From contig NC_087250.1 of NCBI RefSeq assembly GCF_037042905.1, forward strand, positions 16,432,001 through 16,496,000: a DNA stretch of 64,000 nucleotides, written 5' to 3'. The stretch is from Lytechinus pictus. Its lineage: Eukaryota. Below, one piece after another: positions 49,236 through 62,112 of the stretch (position 1 is the first letter of the stretch; every line of letters starts with the position of its first letter). The translations under genes and the position numbers were made by a program. The notes under the pieces are model-generated. The model saw only the letters and a program-made list of their open reading frames with translations. It did no database searches and had not been told where the DNA came from.

Positions 49236-50030
49236 AAAAAGAGGGGGTACAGGGGAAAAGGGAGAGAATAAAAAAAGAAAGAGGAAGATGGGAAAAGAAG
49301 AGAATAGAAAAGAGAGTAAGAAGGAGAAAGGAAGAGAAGAAAAAAAGAGAAGAAAAGGGGAAAGGAAAGACAAAGAAAAAGGAAGAAGAGAAGGGGAAAG
49401 AAGAGAAAAAAAGAGAAAAGGGAAAAAGAAGAAAAAAAGAGGAAGGAAGAGAAGAATATTTAAATAGAGAGGAAAATGGGAAGAAAGATAAGAAAAAAAA
49501 GAGAGAGAGGAACAGGGGAAAGAAGAGAAGAAAGAGAGAGAGGGAGGAAGGGGAGGGAGAGAAGAAAAAATATTAAAAGAGAAAAAGGGGAAAGGAAAGA
49601 AAAAGAAAAAGGGAGAAGTAAAGGGGGAAAGAGAAAAAAGTGGAAGTGGGAAAAGAAAGAAAAGAAAAGAACGGAGTAAGGAAAAGGGGGAAAAGAAGAA
49701 GAAAAAAAGAGGAAGGAAGATAATAATATTTAAAGAGAGAGGAAGATGGGAAGAAAGATAAGAAAAGAGAGAGAGAGAGAGGAAAAGAGAAGAAAAAAAG
49801 AGAGTAAGGGGGGAAGAAAGGAAAAACGAGAAAAGAGAGAGGAAAAGAGGGAAAGAAAAAAAAAGAAAAAGAGAAGAAAAGGGGGAAAGAAAAGAGGGTG
49901 AAAAAGAGAAGAAAAGGGGGAAAGGAAGAGGGGGAAAGAAACAGAGAAAGAAAGAGAAAGGAAGGAAGGGGAATGAGGATAAGAGAAAGAATGAAAGAAA
50001 GAAAACGAGATGGGAAACGGAAGAGGGAGA
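49236..50030. repeat. Polypurine low-complexity tract
   Basis: Almost entirely A/G. Confidence 0.9.
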
Positions 50031-50039
50031 TGTTAACCT

Positions 50040-50375
50040 GGACGTCGATTTGATGGCGCCAAAATGACGTTCGAACTATGAGGCGCCGAACTGATGTTTG
50101 AACTGGGAGGGGGCGCCAAATTGATGTTCGAACTATGGGAGCGCCGAATTGATGTTCGATCTAGCGGGGCACCAAATTGATGTTCGAACTAGGGGAGCGC
50201 TAATTTGAATTTTGACCATAATGCGACAAATACATGTTTTAGAGAGGGGGAGGGAGGGCAAATTTATATTTCACATGGGGGCGCCAAGTTTATGTTCAAC
50301 CGAGGGCGCCAAATTGACCTTGAACTTAGAGGGCTTCATGCAAATTCATTTTCGACCGGGGGCGCAACATTGCTC
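50040..50375. repeat. Degenerate ~31-bp minisatellite (ggcgccaaattgatgttcgaact)
   Basis: Direct reading. Confidence 0.75.
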
Positions 50376-50544
50376 GTATTGCCTGTTTATAGTGAAATAT
50401 ATGTCCTGCACAAAAAACCTAAATTAATGCGGCAGAATTAAAATATCCCGTTTTTACAATAACAGACAAAAACAATATTTTCGAGTTTTAAGTCTGTTTA
50501 GCGAGATAGATACCCTGTTCAGGGTCACAAAAAAGGGTTATTAT

Positions 50545-53220
50545 CAAATTCAGCTCGCGCTACGCGCTCGCAATATTTGATTAATGAGGTGTGCATCCTC
50601 TGCTTCAATCCCACATGTAAGTGTTAGTGTTTTTCAAGTCAACATACATAGGCCGATCAATGGGGCAAAGATTTCCCCCCCCCCCCCCTGGTGGCGCAAG
50701 AAAGGGGTAAGAAACAGAAAAAAGAAGAGAAAAGAGACAAGCAATTAGAATAGGAATTATACCTTAGTCCTTCTTATTATTTATTTATTTATTTTGTTTT
50801 ATTTATTTTATACTGCAGGGTAGGCCTGTTCAGTTCTTAAAACTGCTTTACAAAGGCGCCCTGCAGTTTAAAATACATGTCAAGATAACTACAACAACAA
50901 ACAACATCAACAATACAAAATACAAAATATCTAACATCAGAAACAATTAACACCAAAATATAGAGTGGGAAGTGACAATTTAAACATACATAGCATTGTA
51001 AATCAATGGAATATCATTTCGCTCTTTATCAATTCGTATGAAAGGCTTTGCATAATTTTAAGTCAGTATATACAAAAATTTGAGCTCGCGCTTCGCGCTG
51101 GCATCAATAAATTGTTTAGTTATATACGCATCCCGACCTTACAGATTTTTATGCGAACGAGAAGCACAAGCTGAAAATATTTGATATTCTAACCTGACGA
51201 CTGAAAATGTATTTTTCATTTAATCATTATAAAAGTTTTCAGCTAGCGCTTCGCGGTCGCATTCATTTCTTAAAAATATGCATCGTGTTCATCATAACAA
51301 CTACTAACATAGGCGGATCGAGGCGGCATGAGGGCAACCTCCCCCCTATTGACAGAGCAAATAAATTGGGAAAAACGGGGAAAGAAAAAAAGGGGGAAAG
51401 AAAGGAGAAAAAAGAAGACGAAACATAAAAGGAGGAAGACGAGTGAATAAAATAAGGTCAGGAGAAAACTTGGAAAACAATTTTTTTAAATATTTAATGT
51501 CACTATATTAAAGTTTCGCTCGCGCATCGCGCTCGCATTGCCTGTTCGATGAGATACATATCTTGCTCAATAGGCTGATATCAAGTTTTGATATCAATAT
51601 ACAAAACATAATTCAGCTCGGACATCGAATCGATTTTGTTTTATTTACCAATTTATGTTTTTAAGTGCTCTGGAAAAGTCCGTTTTATGGTTTGAATCAA
51701 CATTTGCAACATTCTGTGCGCTCGCACTATTTGCCAAGTAGGCATACCTATTGTATTTTTTGTATTTCATATAAGATTCTCTAAATATACCTTTTCAGGT
51801 GTCTCGATCGTAGAAAAATAATAAAGGCCTATGAGCTAGCGTTGTGCGCTCGCATTTTGATTGGTGAGTTATGTATACCTATATATTAATTCTATAACAA
51901 ACTACTTAAATCCCCTCATTAAAAAATTCCGGATCGCGATTTGCGCTCGCATTATTTGCTAAAAATATATCAACCAATGAATCCTATTCATGATTACAAA
52001 AAAACTTAAAATATCCATTTTTTAGGCCTCATGCACTGTCAACAAATTTCACACAAATTTTAGGAAAAGAAATAGAAGATAGTCATTATTCTTATATGAT
52101 GACAAAATGTCCTTAGGCCTAAAATGTCTCGATCCTAGGTCAAAATAATAATAGAATATCAGCTCGCGCTTCGCGCTCGCATAATTTATATAGTGCTATC
52201 AAATTTCCCTATATACACAGTGCTGTACACATTGCTTAAATTGACCCTTTTCATATCGGAATTTCATATTATTTTAAGCTCGGGCTCTGCGCTCGCATTA
52301 TTGATTTTTATGATGAAAAATTCAGATTGCCAGGATTCTGTCTAACTCTAAAACACGCGCACGCATGTTTTTTGAGATACAAAGCTTGATCTTATTCAAA
52401 ACGTGCTGAAATTATCCAGTTTCGAATCAGAATATCAACAATTTTTGCGCTCGCATTATTATTGTAGGAAGATACCAAAAATTACCCATCCTTTTTCTTG
52501 ATTGACAAACATGAATCGAATGTCCCATTGGGGATTTGAAATCTCATCTTTTTAGATTGGAATATCACAAATGTTCAGCTCGCGCTTCGCGCTCGCATTA
52601 TGTTGCTTTTAAAGTAAATCTAGGAAATGACTCTTAGAACATGGGCGTTTTGCCCTCCCCCCCAAAAAGAGAAAATCAATACTAAGAAAAAATAGAGAGA
52701 AAAGGAAAGGGACTAGGATGAAATATAATATTATTTTCCAAATATTATGTCAAAATATATCACAACCTTGTATTCTTGTCATAGAAATGTCAACATATTT
52801 GCTTGCTCGCTTCGCTCACTGGCAACTTCTTATCAATTTTATGCGATACGCCATATCGAGCCCCCTCGAAATTATTGGCTCATTAAAGCACTGGGACAAC
52901 CCCTTCAAAGAAAAAAAAATAAACTTTGAGCGGCCGATCGGGGAAAATATGGGTGGAAAAAATGGCCCCTCCCCCTATAGGCGGAAGCTGGGTCCGCCCC
53001 TGACTTAGGCTTTCAGGAAAAATACAGTGAACAAAAATCAGATCGCGCTTCGCGTTCTCATTATTTATTTAGGCCTTGTGAGATACCTCAATGTGTTTTT
53101 AAGAATAAAATCTCAGATTTTCTTTAACGTCTACCCCCTTTCCATTTCATTTATTTTTTTATCTTGGTGCCCTGGCCCCCCCCCCCCCCCGTGCACCCAT
53201 GCTGAATAAATACGCCACTG
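50545..53220. mobile_element. Cluster of hAT-like non-autonomous elements with recurring gctcgcgcttcgcgctcgc motifs
   Basis: Inverse of the motif in 887-1576; TIR-like cataggcggatc (51308) and ggtccgcccctg (53002); TSDs unresolved. Confidence 0.55.
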
Positions 53221-53364
53221 ATAAGGATAATTAGTCGTGATTGCATTATTCCCAAGAAGTTATCATTAATATTATTGAAGGGTATACTAAAACAACAGTA
53301 CATAAACTATACAGCTCCCGTTCACACAATATTCTAGTAGTGCCTACATTGGTGAGTAGCTTAA

Positions 53365-53861
53365 AGGGGAAGTTCACCCTGACAAAAAATGTATTGTAAA
53401 AATAGCAGAAAAAATAATAAAAAATATTGCCGAAGGTTTGAGAAAAATTCATCAAATAATTAAAAAGTTATTAGAATTTCAATTATTTGATTTGTAACGT
53501 CATATGCGAGCAGCATTCCTACATAGCGAATGGTAAAAAATCAATGAAATGTCATTTTCTCAAAAAATTGAAAATGGTTTTCACTGTACCTTTTGTATAT
53601 CAATAGACAAATCATTTCACACCCGATCATGAATAGAAAACAAAATTAAGTCATCAGGAACCATACAAAATTTGAAATTCATGCATTTTATATTACATAA
53701 CACATGGGGCAGCTGCTCGTTTATGACGTCACAAATCCAAAACTTTGAACTCTAATATTTTTCCTACTCTTAAACGAATTTTCCTCAAACCTTCACCAAT
53801 ATTTTTAAAAAAAAATTCTGCTATGTTTACAACAAAGTTTGCTTCAGGGTGAACTTCCCCT
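53365..53861. mobile_element. Kolobok-like non-autonomous element
   Basis: TIR aggggaagttcaccctga; TTAA TSD on both sides; purine-purine terminus. Confidence 0.85.
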
Positions 53862-54092
53862 TTAACCAAATTGAAAGCCCCCAAAACCACTCGTGCTTCG
53901 CGCTCCCATTGATATTACATTATAAATTTGTAACACTCTGTATATTTGTCTATCTTAGTGATATAGAGGTAGCGTTGGCGAAATTGGCGAGTGTCACTTT
54001 AAATATGATGCACACAGATGAAACACAGATGAAACAGGATAAATTGGATTTAAAGTTTATTATCACCTCTCTTAAAGGTAGAGAAGGTAATT

Positions 54093-54761
54093 TGTAATAT
54101 TATAACGATATTGTAGATACTGGTATTCCAGATAAAATAGCATTTATGAGCTGATGACTCCGTTACCGGCCATAGGTTTGGCCTGGAGTTAATAACACTG
54201 GGAGGGATGTGATCCGGAGAGTCACAAACCCAAGAAGAACCCAGAGTGACAATTTGTCTACTCTTTTATTCAATATTGCATGTGTACAAGCTACAAGTAG
54301 TAATTAACAGGGGAAAGTGAATAAAGGATTTCGACATTGGTCCAAATCCTAACCAAATGAAAGGTCTATTAGTTCTATTTAAAAAGGTGGGAAAGGATTG
54401 CTACCAGCTAGGTGAAGGATAAGTACAGACAAAAGGAGGAAGGAGAGGAGGAGAGAAAGAAATACAAAGATGTCAGTTCTATTAATTTCCAGTTATATTT
54501 GTACAACTGATGTGGGTAATATGTGCGGTGAGAATCAAAGGAAGGTTTTCTGGGTTTTACTAATATGGGTACAAAAGCGAATAATTAGGTGAGGATTACT
54601 GGATGGGTCTGAGCTGGTCAGAAGGACAGTAGAGAGATTCTAGCGACTTAACAATACTTAAAATCTCACCTTGCTATATGACCAAAGCTAATTATAAATT
54701 GTGTATGAGCAAAATAATACAATTATCTAAACTGAGTAAAAGGTATATTTTTAGTCTTACA
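54093..54761 (-). mobile_element. Possible solo LTR
   Basis: TGTAA...TTACA ends; minus-strand TATA-like motif (~54375) upstream of AATAAA (~54265); imperfect TSD aatt/tatt. Confidence 0.35.
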
Positions 54762-55064
54762 TATTCATGGATTTTTTTTCACATTAAAAGTGGTCTTAAT
54801 TTTTTTTTAATGTGATTATAAGATAATTCAAAATACATTTAAGGCACTTAGGTTAGCCTGGCCGGGAGGGAGTGGGCGCCATTTTTCGAAAAGTACACAT
54901 GGACGCCAAACATCAGGTAAAATTTGGCCCTCCCCCCTCCCCACGAAATCCTGGATCCGCGCCTGGGTTCTATAACAATAACCCAATTAGGTCAATCACC
55001 CCCTGACAACTACTTCAAGGAAAATATTATCCCCATATTTTTACCGCCGGGGACTGTTACCCCC

Positions 55065-58000
55065 TGTTACACCCACAAATGTAATAATCGCCCACAAATG
55101 TAATAACGCCCACAAATGTAATAACACTTTACCCACAAATGTAATAACGCCCACAAATGTAATAACACTTTACCCACAAATGTAATAATTTCACCCACAA
55201 ATGTAATAATGCACTTTACCCACAAATGTAATAATTTTTGATCGCCCACAAATGTAATAACGACTTTACCCACAAATGTAATAAATTTGAAGGGATTTTT
55301 GGCGAATCTGTTCTAAACTAAAATCCTATAGTAATGCGTTCATATAGCACAAAAGTGCAAAGTCTTTTTTCCAGACCCGGATAATAAAACATTATAGTAC
55401 AATTCCAAAGTCTTTTTCCAGACCCGGTTGTTTCAAATTTATAATATACGTCCAAAGTCTTTTTTCCAGACCCAGTTAATTCAAAAATTATAATGCAAAT
55501 CCAAAGTCTTTTTTCCAGACCCGGTTGTTTCAAAAATTATAATATACGTCTAAAGTTTTTTTTCCAGACCCAGTTGTTTCAAAAATTATAGTACAATTCC
55601 AAAGTCTTTTTCCAGACCCGGTTGTTTCAAAATTATAATATACGTCCAAAGTCTTTTTTCCAGACCCAGTTAATTCAAAAATTATAATGCAAATCAAAAG
55701 TCTTTTTTCCAGACCCAGTTAATTCAAAAATTATAATGCAAATCAAAAGTTTTTGTTCCAGACCCAGTTGTTTCAAAAATTATAATATAAGTCCAAAGTC
55801 TTTTTTTCAGACCCGGTTGTTTCAAAAATTATAATATATGTCTAAAGTTTTTTTTCCAGACCCAGTTGTTTCAAAAATTATAATATACGTCCAAAGTCTT
55901 TTTTCCTGACCCGGTTAATAAAAAAATTATAATGCAAGTCCAAAGTCTTTTTTTTCAGACCCGGTTGATTAAAAAATTACAATATAAGTCCAAAGTCTTT
56001 TCCAGACCCGGTTGTTTAAAAAAATTATAATATACGTCTAAAGTTTTTTTTCCAGACCCAGTTGTTTCAAAAATTATAATATAAGTCCAAAGTCTTTTTT
56101 CCTGACCTGGTTAATTAAAAAATTATAATAAGTCCAAACTAAGATACAATAATGATATTCTAGTATATAAAATAAAATGAGAATCGAGCTTAGTCTTTTC
56201 TCCAGACCCAGTTAATTAAAACTGGTGGAAAAGTAACAAAGACCCCAACTCTCTTGTAAATGTTAAATAACATGGAAATATAGCGTAGTCTTTCATCCAG
56301 ACCCAGATCTTTCAAATAACAAATGAATAATAATAATAATAATAATAATAAATTAGTAATAATAAAAAAACAAACAAAGACCCACGATCGTATTTATGTT
56401 GAATAACATGGAAATATAGCGTTGTCTTTCCTCCAGACCCAGATCTTTCAAATAACAAATGAATAATAATAATAATAATATATTAGTAATAATAAAAAAG
56501 CAAGCAAAGACCCACGATCCTATTTATGTTGAATAGCATGGAAATACAGGCTAGTCTTTCCTCCAGACCCAGATCTTTCAAATAACAAATGAATAATAAT
56601 AATAATATATTAGTAATAATAAAAAAGCAAACAAAGACCCACGATCCTAGTTATGTTGAATAAAATGGAAATATAGCGTAGTCTTTCCTCCAGACCCAGA
56701 TCTTTCAAATAACAAATGAATAATGTTAATAATATATTAGTAATAATAAAAAAGCAAACAAAGACCCACGATCCTCTTTATGTTGAAAAACATGGAAATA
56801 TAGCGTAGTCTTTCCCCCAGACTCAGTTATAAACATCATTTAAAACACAACAACAACAACAACAAAACAAAGACCCTGCAATTATTAACATTGAATAACA
56901 CAGAAATATGGTGCAGTCTTTCCTCCAGACCCAATTATTTCAAAATAACCAAAATCATTAAAAAAGAATAACAGAATCTAAGGCCCAACTATCCTTCAAA
57001 TTGAGAACCTTCAATAAATAAAGTTTAGAGAGTTTTCTTTATTCCAGACCTTGTCATTTCAAAAATAAGATAAATGAAATCCTCATAACTAAGACTCAAT
57101 CATATTCTTGTGCCTGTTCAACATGAATAAGATGATTGGGGGAGTATTTCATCAACATTTATGTCCGACAAGATGTCAGATCTGACAACTGTTCTTGATG
57201 TTGATTGGCTAAAAAGCAGTGCTACCAGTGTCGGATAAAACGTCAGTCAACAACTCCTTTCATGAAATGCTCCCCGGGCTCTAAGTTTTGATGTTGTTTT
57301 TTATTATAAATTTCTTTGCCTGGGAGAAAAAATGAATGTTTAATTACATCATTTATTAAAGGATGTTAGGCTGGAAGAGGGTTAATTTTTTTTGTTCTGT
57401 TTTTTTTAATAAACTGGTCTGGTCAAATTAAGTATGCGTTATCACAAGGGTTTTATAGTTTGGAAGATGCTGGGGTCTACGTTTTAAGATTAATGTTTCG
57501 CTTAATTTGTATTTTAAAGAGAACTGGGTGAGGGGTAAAGACAACACTCTAAGCCCAAGCATTTTAAGTGGGTTTAATTTTGAAGACTGGCCTTATAATT
57601 AGCTGTGATTTTTTTTTTCAATATTTGTTTTATCTTTTAAATAACCGGGTCTAGACGAAAGACTAAGCATAATACTCGTGTTATTCCACAAGAATAAGAA
57701 TATGACAAAGTGTTTTGTTTTTAAGATTGTTTAAATCATTTTTAGATAACTGGGTCTGGAATAAAGACAACGCTCTAAACATGTTCTTTTCTACATGCAT
57801 GGTCTTAATTTGAGGATTGTTGGTTCTAAGAATCGTTTTTGGGGGTTGGGTTTTATTGATTTTTTATTCTTGAAGTAATTGTGTCTGGAGGAAAGTCGAT
57901 CTTCGACAATCGGTCTTCATGTTATTCCACAGTAATTAGATTATTGGGTATTCGTTTTAGAATATTTGTAAAAACTATTTTTTGTAAAAAAAAATAACCA

Positions 58001-59557
58001 AGTCTGGAGGAAGGATGTTTGCTTTACCCATGCATTATTACAATGTTTTGTAGGGGTCGTAGTATTATTAAAAAAACTGGGTGTGGGGTAAAGACATATC
58101 TTTTTTACTGGGTGAAACTTTGGAAAATTGGTCTTAGATTTGAAGTTTTTTATTCATTTTTTAATAGCCGAGTCTGGAGGAAAGACTTTGGACTTATATT
58201 GTAATTGTTTAATTATCCGGGTCTGGAAAAAAGACTTTGCACTTTTCTGCTATATGAACGCATTGCTATAGGGTTTAGTTTTTAGTTTTAAGTAACCAGG
58301 TCTGGAGAAAAGACTACGCTTGATTCTCAATTTACTCTTAGCGCATATATTCACATTATACGCCGTATAAGTTGAAACAACAACAAAGACATTAATTCCA
58401 CTAGTTTTAATTAACTGGGTCTGGAGAAAAGACTAAGCTCGATTCTCATTTTTATTCCACTGGAATATCATTATCGTATCTTAGTATGGACTTATATTAT
58501 AATTTTTGAAATAAACGGGTCTGGAAAAAGACTTTGGACTTATATTAACATTTTTAAAACAACCGGGTCTGGAAAAAAGACTTTGGACTTGCATTATAAT
58601 TTTTGAATTAACCGGGTCTGAAAAAAAGACTTTGGACTTATATTGTAATTGTTTAATTATCCGGGTCTGGAAAAAAGACTTTGCACTTTTGTGCTATATG
58701 AACGCATTGCTATAGGGTTTAGTTTCTAGTCTTAAGTAACCAGGTCTGGAGAAAAGACTACGCTTGATTCTCAATTTACTCTTAGCGCATATATTCACAA
58801 TATACGCCGTATAAGTTGAAACAACAACAAAGACATTAATTCCACTAGTTTTAATTAAGTGGGTCTGGAGAAAAGACTAAGCTCGATTCTCATTTTTATT
58901 CCACTGGAATATCATTATCGCATCTTAGTATGGACTTATATTATAATTTTTGAAACAACCGGGTCTGGAAGACTTTGGACCTGCATCATAACTTTTGAAT
59001 TAACCGGGTCTGAAAAAAAGACTTTGGACTTATATTATAATTTTTGAAACAACCGGGTCTGGAAAAAAGACTTTGGACATATATTATAATTTTTTAAACA
59101 ACCGGGTCTGGAAAAAAGACTTTGGACTTATATTATAATTTTTGAAACAACCGGGTCTGGAAAAAAGACTTTGGACGTATATTATAATTTTGAAACAACC
59201 GGGTCTGGAAAGAGACTTTGGACTTGTACTATAATGTTTAATTAACCGGGTCTGGAAAAAGACTGCACTTTTGTGCTGTATGAACGCATTACTACAGGAT
59301 TTTAGTTTAGAACGGATTCGCCAAAAATCCCTTCAAATTTATTACATTTGTGGGTAAAGTCATTATTACATTTGTGGGCGATCAAAAATTATTACATTTG
59401 TGGGTAAAGTGCATTATTACATTTGTGGGTGAAATTATTACATTTGTGGGTAAAGTGTTATTACATTTGTGGGCGTTATTACATTTGTGGGTAAAGTGTT
59501 ATTACATTTGTGGGCGTTATTACATTTGTGGGCGTTATTACATTTGTGGGTGCAACA
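55065..59557. mobile_element. Foldback-like DNA transposon B (4.5 kb) with TGTTACA terminus
   Basis: tgttacacccacaaatg / catttgtgggtgcaaca; inserted in a C-run; outer cccacaaatgtaataa arrays and inner ~54-bp ccagacccgg arrays, mirrored. Confidence 0.88.
57138..57275. mobile_element. Small MITE near the centre of element B
   Basis: ggggagtatttcat / atgaaatgctcccc IR. Confidence 0.5.
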
Positions 59558-59681
59558 CCCCCCCCCGGAAATTTACCCTCCAAACAATTACCCCGGATAA
59601 TTACCCCGAGTACGGAGCCGTGAAAATGCCATCAACGTGACGACATGGCGTGGTACTTTATCTTACCATGTCTTAATTAAT

Positions 59682-60005
59682 CATTGGCGGCGGAAGGAAA
59701 AACATTTACGGGGTCAACCTGAAATTTTGGGATGGACACAGGTAAAAAATTTGACAAGCAAGTCAACCAAAATTTATAGGAAGGACCACCAAAATTTTTT
59801 GACAAGAAAAAAAAAGTGATCAACCAAAATTAGGGGGGGGGGGACAAACAAATTTTAGGGGGGGTCCACCTCAATTTAGGGGGGGACGTAGAAAACAAAT
59901 TGACAAGCAAAAAAAAAGGTTCTCAACTAAAAATCTAGGGGGGACCGTCCCCCACCTCAAATTTAGGGGGGAAAGGTCCCCCCCCCCCCGCTTCCACCGC
60001 CTAAG
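59682..60005. mobile_element. hAT-like MITE
   Basis: TIR cattggcggcggaag / cttccaccgcctaag; 8-bp TSD taattaat. Confidence 0.82.
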
Positions 60006-60525
60006 TAATTAATACGCTTATTATTTCGACATAGCGATATATTCTATCTTGTCAAGTCGATATGTCCACATGGCGAGATATGAAGTGTACAAGTCCCGGC
60101 GAGAATCCCGATATATCGCTATGTGGACATGTAACTTATTTAAGTCGACTTGGCAAGATAACATATCTCGCCATGTTGACATATAACTTTTTAAAAGTGG
60201 CAGGATAACGTATCGCGTCATGCGGACATAATAAGCTTATCATGCTTATTTAGTCGACATGGCAAGATAAAGTATCTCGCCATGTCGTCAAGTCGATGGC
60301 ATTTTAGAGGCTCCGTATGGCGTCTAGAGGGTAAATTTCCGGGGGGGGGGGGGGTAACAGTCCCTGACGATAAAAATATGGGGATAATATTTTCCTTGAA
60401 GTAGATGTCAGGGGCGACTGTCCTTTGGGTCATCGTTATAGAACCCCATGGACTCGTATCATTGGCCTTTTGACCTCTTGATGGCATTGGATCTCACTAT
60501 ATCCTGATCATAATTTTACACACAC

Positions 60526-60725
60526 CGCGGACTATCGGACCCGCGGACTATCGGACCCGCGGTCTATCGGACCCGCGGTCTATCGGACCCGCGGTCTATC
60601 GGACCCGCGGTCTATCGGACCCGCGGTCTATCGGACCCGCGGTCTATCGGACCCGCGGACTATCGGACCCGCGGTCTATCGGACCCGCGGTCTATCGGAC
60701 CCGCGGTCTATCGGGCTGTAACCCC
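60526..60725. repeat. 16-bp tandem array (ccgcggtctatcggac), ~12 copies, ending gggctgtaacccc
   Basis: Direct reading. Confidence 0.93.
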
Positions 60726-61044
60726 AAAAAACTCATTTGGCGGGGGGTATCTAAATTTCAAAAAGAAAATCACATGCCTAAAAAGATCAACATCTGCTCT
60801 TTTATTTGATACCTTAATCACAAAAAATGGTCAAGAAGTAAAAAAAGTTATGTTCTCTCGAATCAATGCTTGTATTTCCATAATTTTCAGAATATTGAAT
60901 ATTCGTGTTTAAGGGTGCTTTTCGAGACCCCATGGTCGCGCATGGTATCCACTCGTCAGTGGAAGTGCCCCCCCCCCCCCGGGATTAAGTTATGATAATT
61001 AAATCATCGATAAATCTCAGTTCCGTTTTTTGTGGGACGCACTA
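60726..61044. mobile_element. Broken Tc1-like MITE copy containing one end of a CCCGGG-family MITE (~60905-60983)
   Basis: Homology to 107-270 and to the TIR; ~60905-60983 is the inverse of 9543-9620. Confidence 0.7.
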
Positions 61045-61060
61045 TACAGTGCATCCCATA

Positions 61061-61839
61061 CAGTGCGTCCCACAAAAAACGAAACCGAGATTTATCGATG
61101 ATTTATCATAACTTAATCACAAATACAATAGACAAATGACCTACCATTGTAAAGCTTAGAATCTCCACTTTCATCTGGAATTACTTAGATTATTTCTCAT
61201 TCACGCATGACTGAGCAAAAACAATTTGAAGAGGGGATACCAATAGTCACTTGGCGGGCTCTATCTGGGTTTCAAAAAGAAAACCACATTTCTATAAAGT
61301 TCAATATCTGCTCTTTAATTTGATACCTCAATTACAGAAAATGGTCAAAAAATAAAAAAGTTCTGGTTATTTGAAATAAGGCTTGAATTTCAATGATTTC
61401 ATAAAATTAAGAGGTTCTACAGGCTAGCGTTCAACAAAGTCTTTTGTTAACCATGCGATTGCTTCTGTGGGAAACCGGTGAAAACACGTTTATTTAATGA
61501 AATTATGGAAATACAAGCATTGTTTCGAGGGAACATAACTTTTTTACTTCTTGACCATTTTTTGTGATCAAGGTATCAAATAAAAGAGCAGATATTGAAC
61601 CTTCTAGGCATGTGATTTTCTTTTTGAAATTCAGATACCCCCCGCCAAATGAGTTTTTGGTATCCTTTCTTCAAATTGTTTTTGCTCACTCATGCGTGAA
61701 TGGGGAAAAATCTAAGTAATATCAGATGAAAGAGGATATTCTAAGCTTTACATTGGTAGGTCATTTGTCTATTGTATTTGTGATTAAGTTATGATAAATC
61801 ATCGCTTAATCTCGGTTTCGTTTTATCTGGGACGCACTG
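61061..61839. mobile_element. Tc1/mariner-like MITE, complete, inverted relative to 4091-4820
   Basis: cagtgcgtccca...tgggacgcactg TIRs; TA on the left, TG on the right. Confidence 0.9.
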
Positions 61840-62112
61840 TGAAGTTGCGCGACAGCCGAAGTAATTAGTCACTGTTTTTCCCGTTTTTTTGGTGCATTTT
61901 AGGACAAAACGGAATAATAATCTGTATTTTGGTACAGTTCTTTTCATATATTTTTATGAAATAAAGACAAAAATCGATGAGCCCCGTCTGGGGGATTTTG
62001 CATTTCAACCCCCTAATGGTGGCTGCACGATAGCGAGTCGTCTGTGTACGAGGAGAAATAAAAATGTTAAAAAACTCCTCGAAACAGACGGCTGCCAGCT
62101 GTCTAATACGTA

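Larger units (their letters stand above)
54966..60446. mobile_element. Palindromic MITE hosting two insertions (55065-59557, 59682-60005)
   Basis: ggttctataac / gttatagaacc ends; 54966-55064 plus 59558-59672 are the inverse of ~60255-60446. Confidence 0.8.

Noticed and set aside
49211..49679. Lys/Glu/Arg-rich ORFs
   Set aside because: Translations of a purine tract.
55065..59557. Regular repeats resembling a CRISPR array
   Set aside because: Intervening sequences are themselves repeated, the arrays are mirrored, there are no cas genes, and the context is eukaryotic.
60526..60713. 16-bp array as CRISPR or iterons
   Set aside because: Head-to-tail repeats with no spacers.
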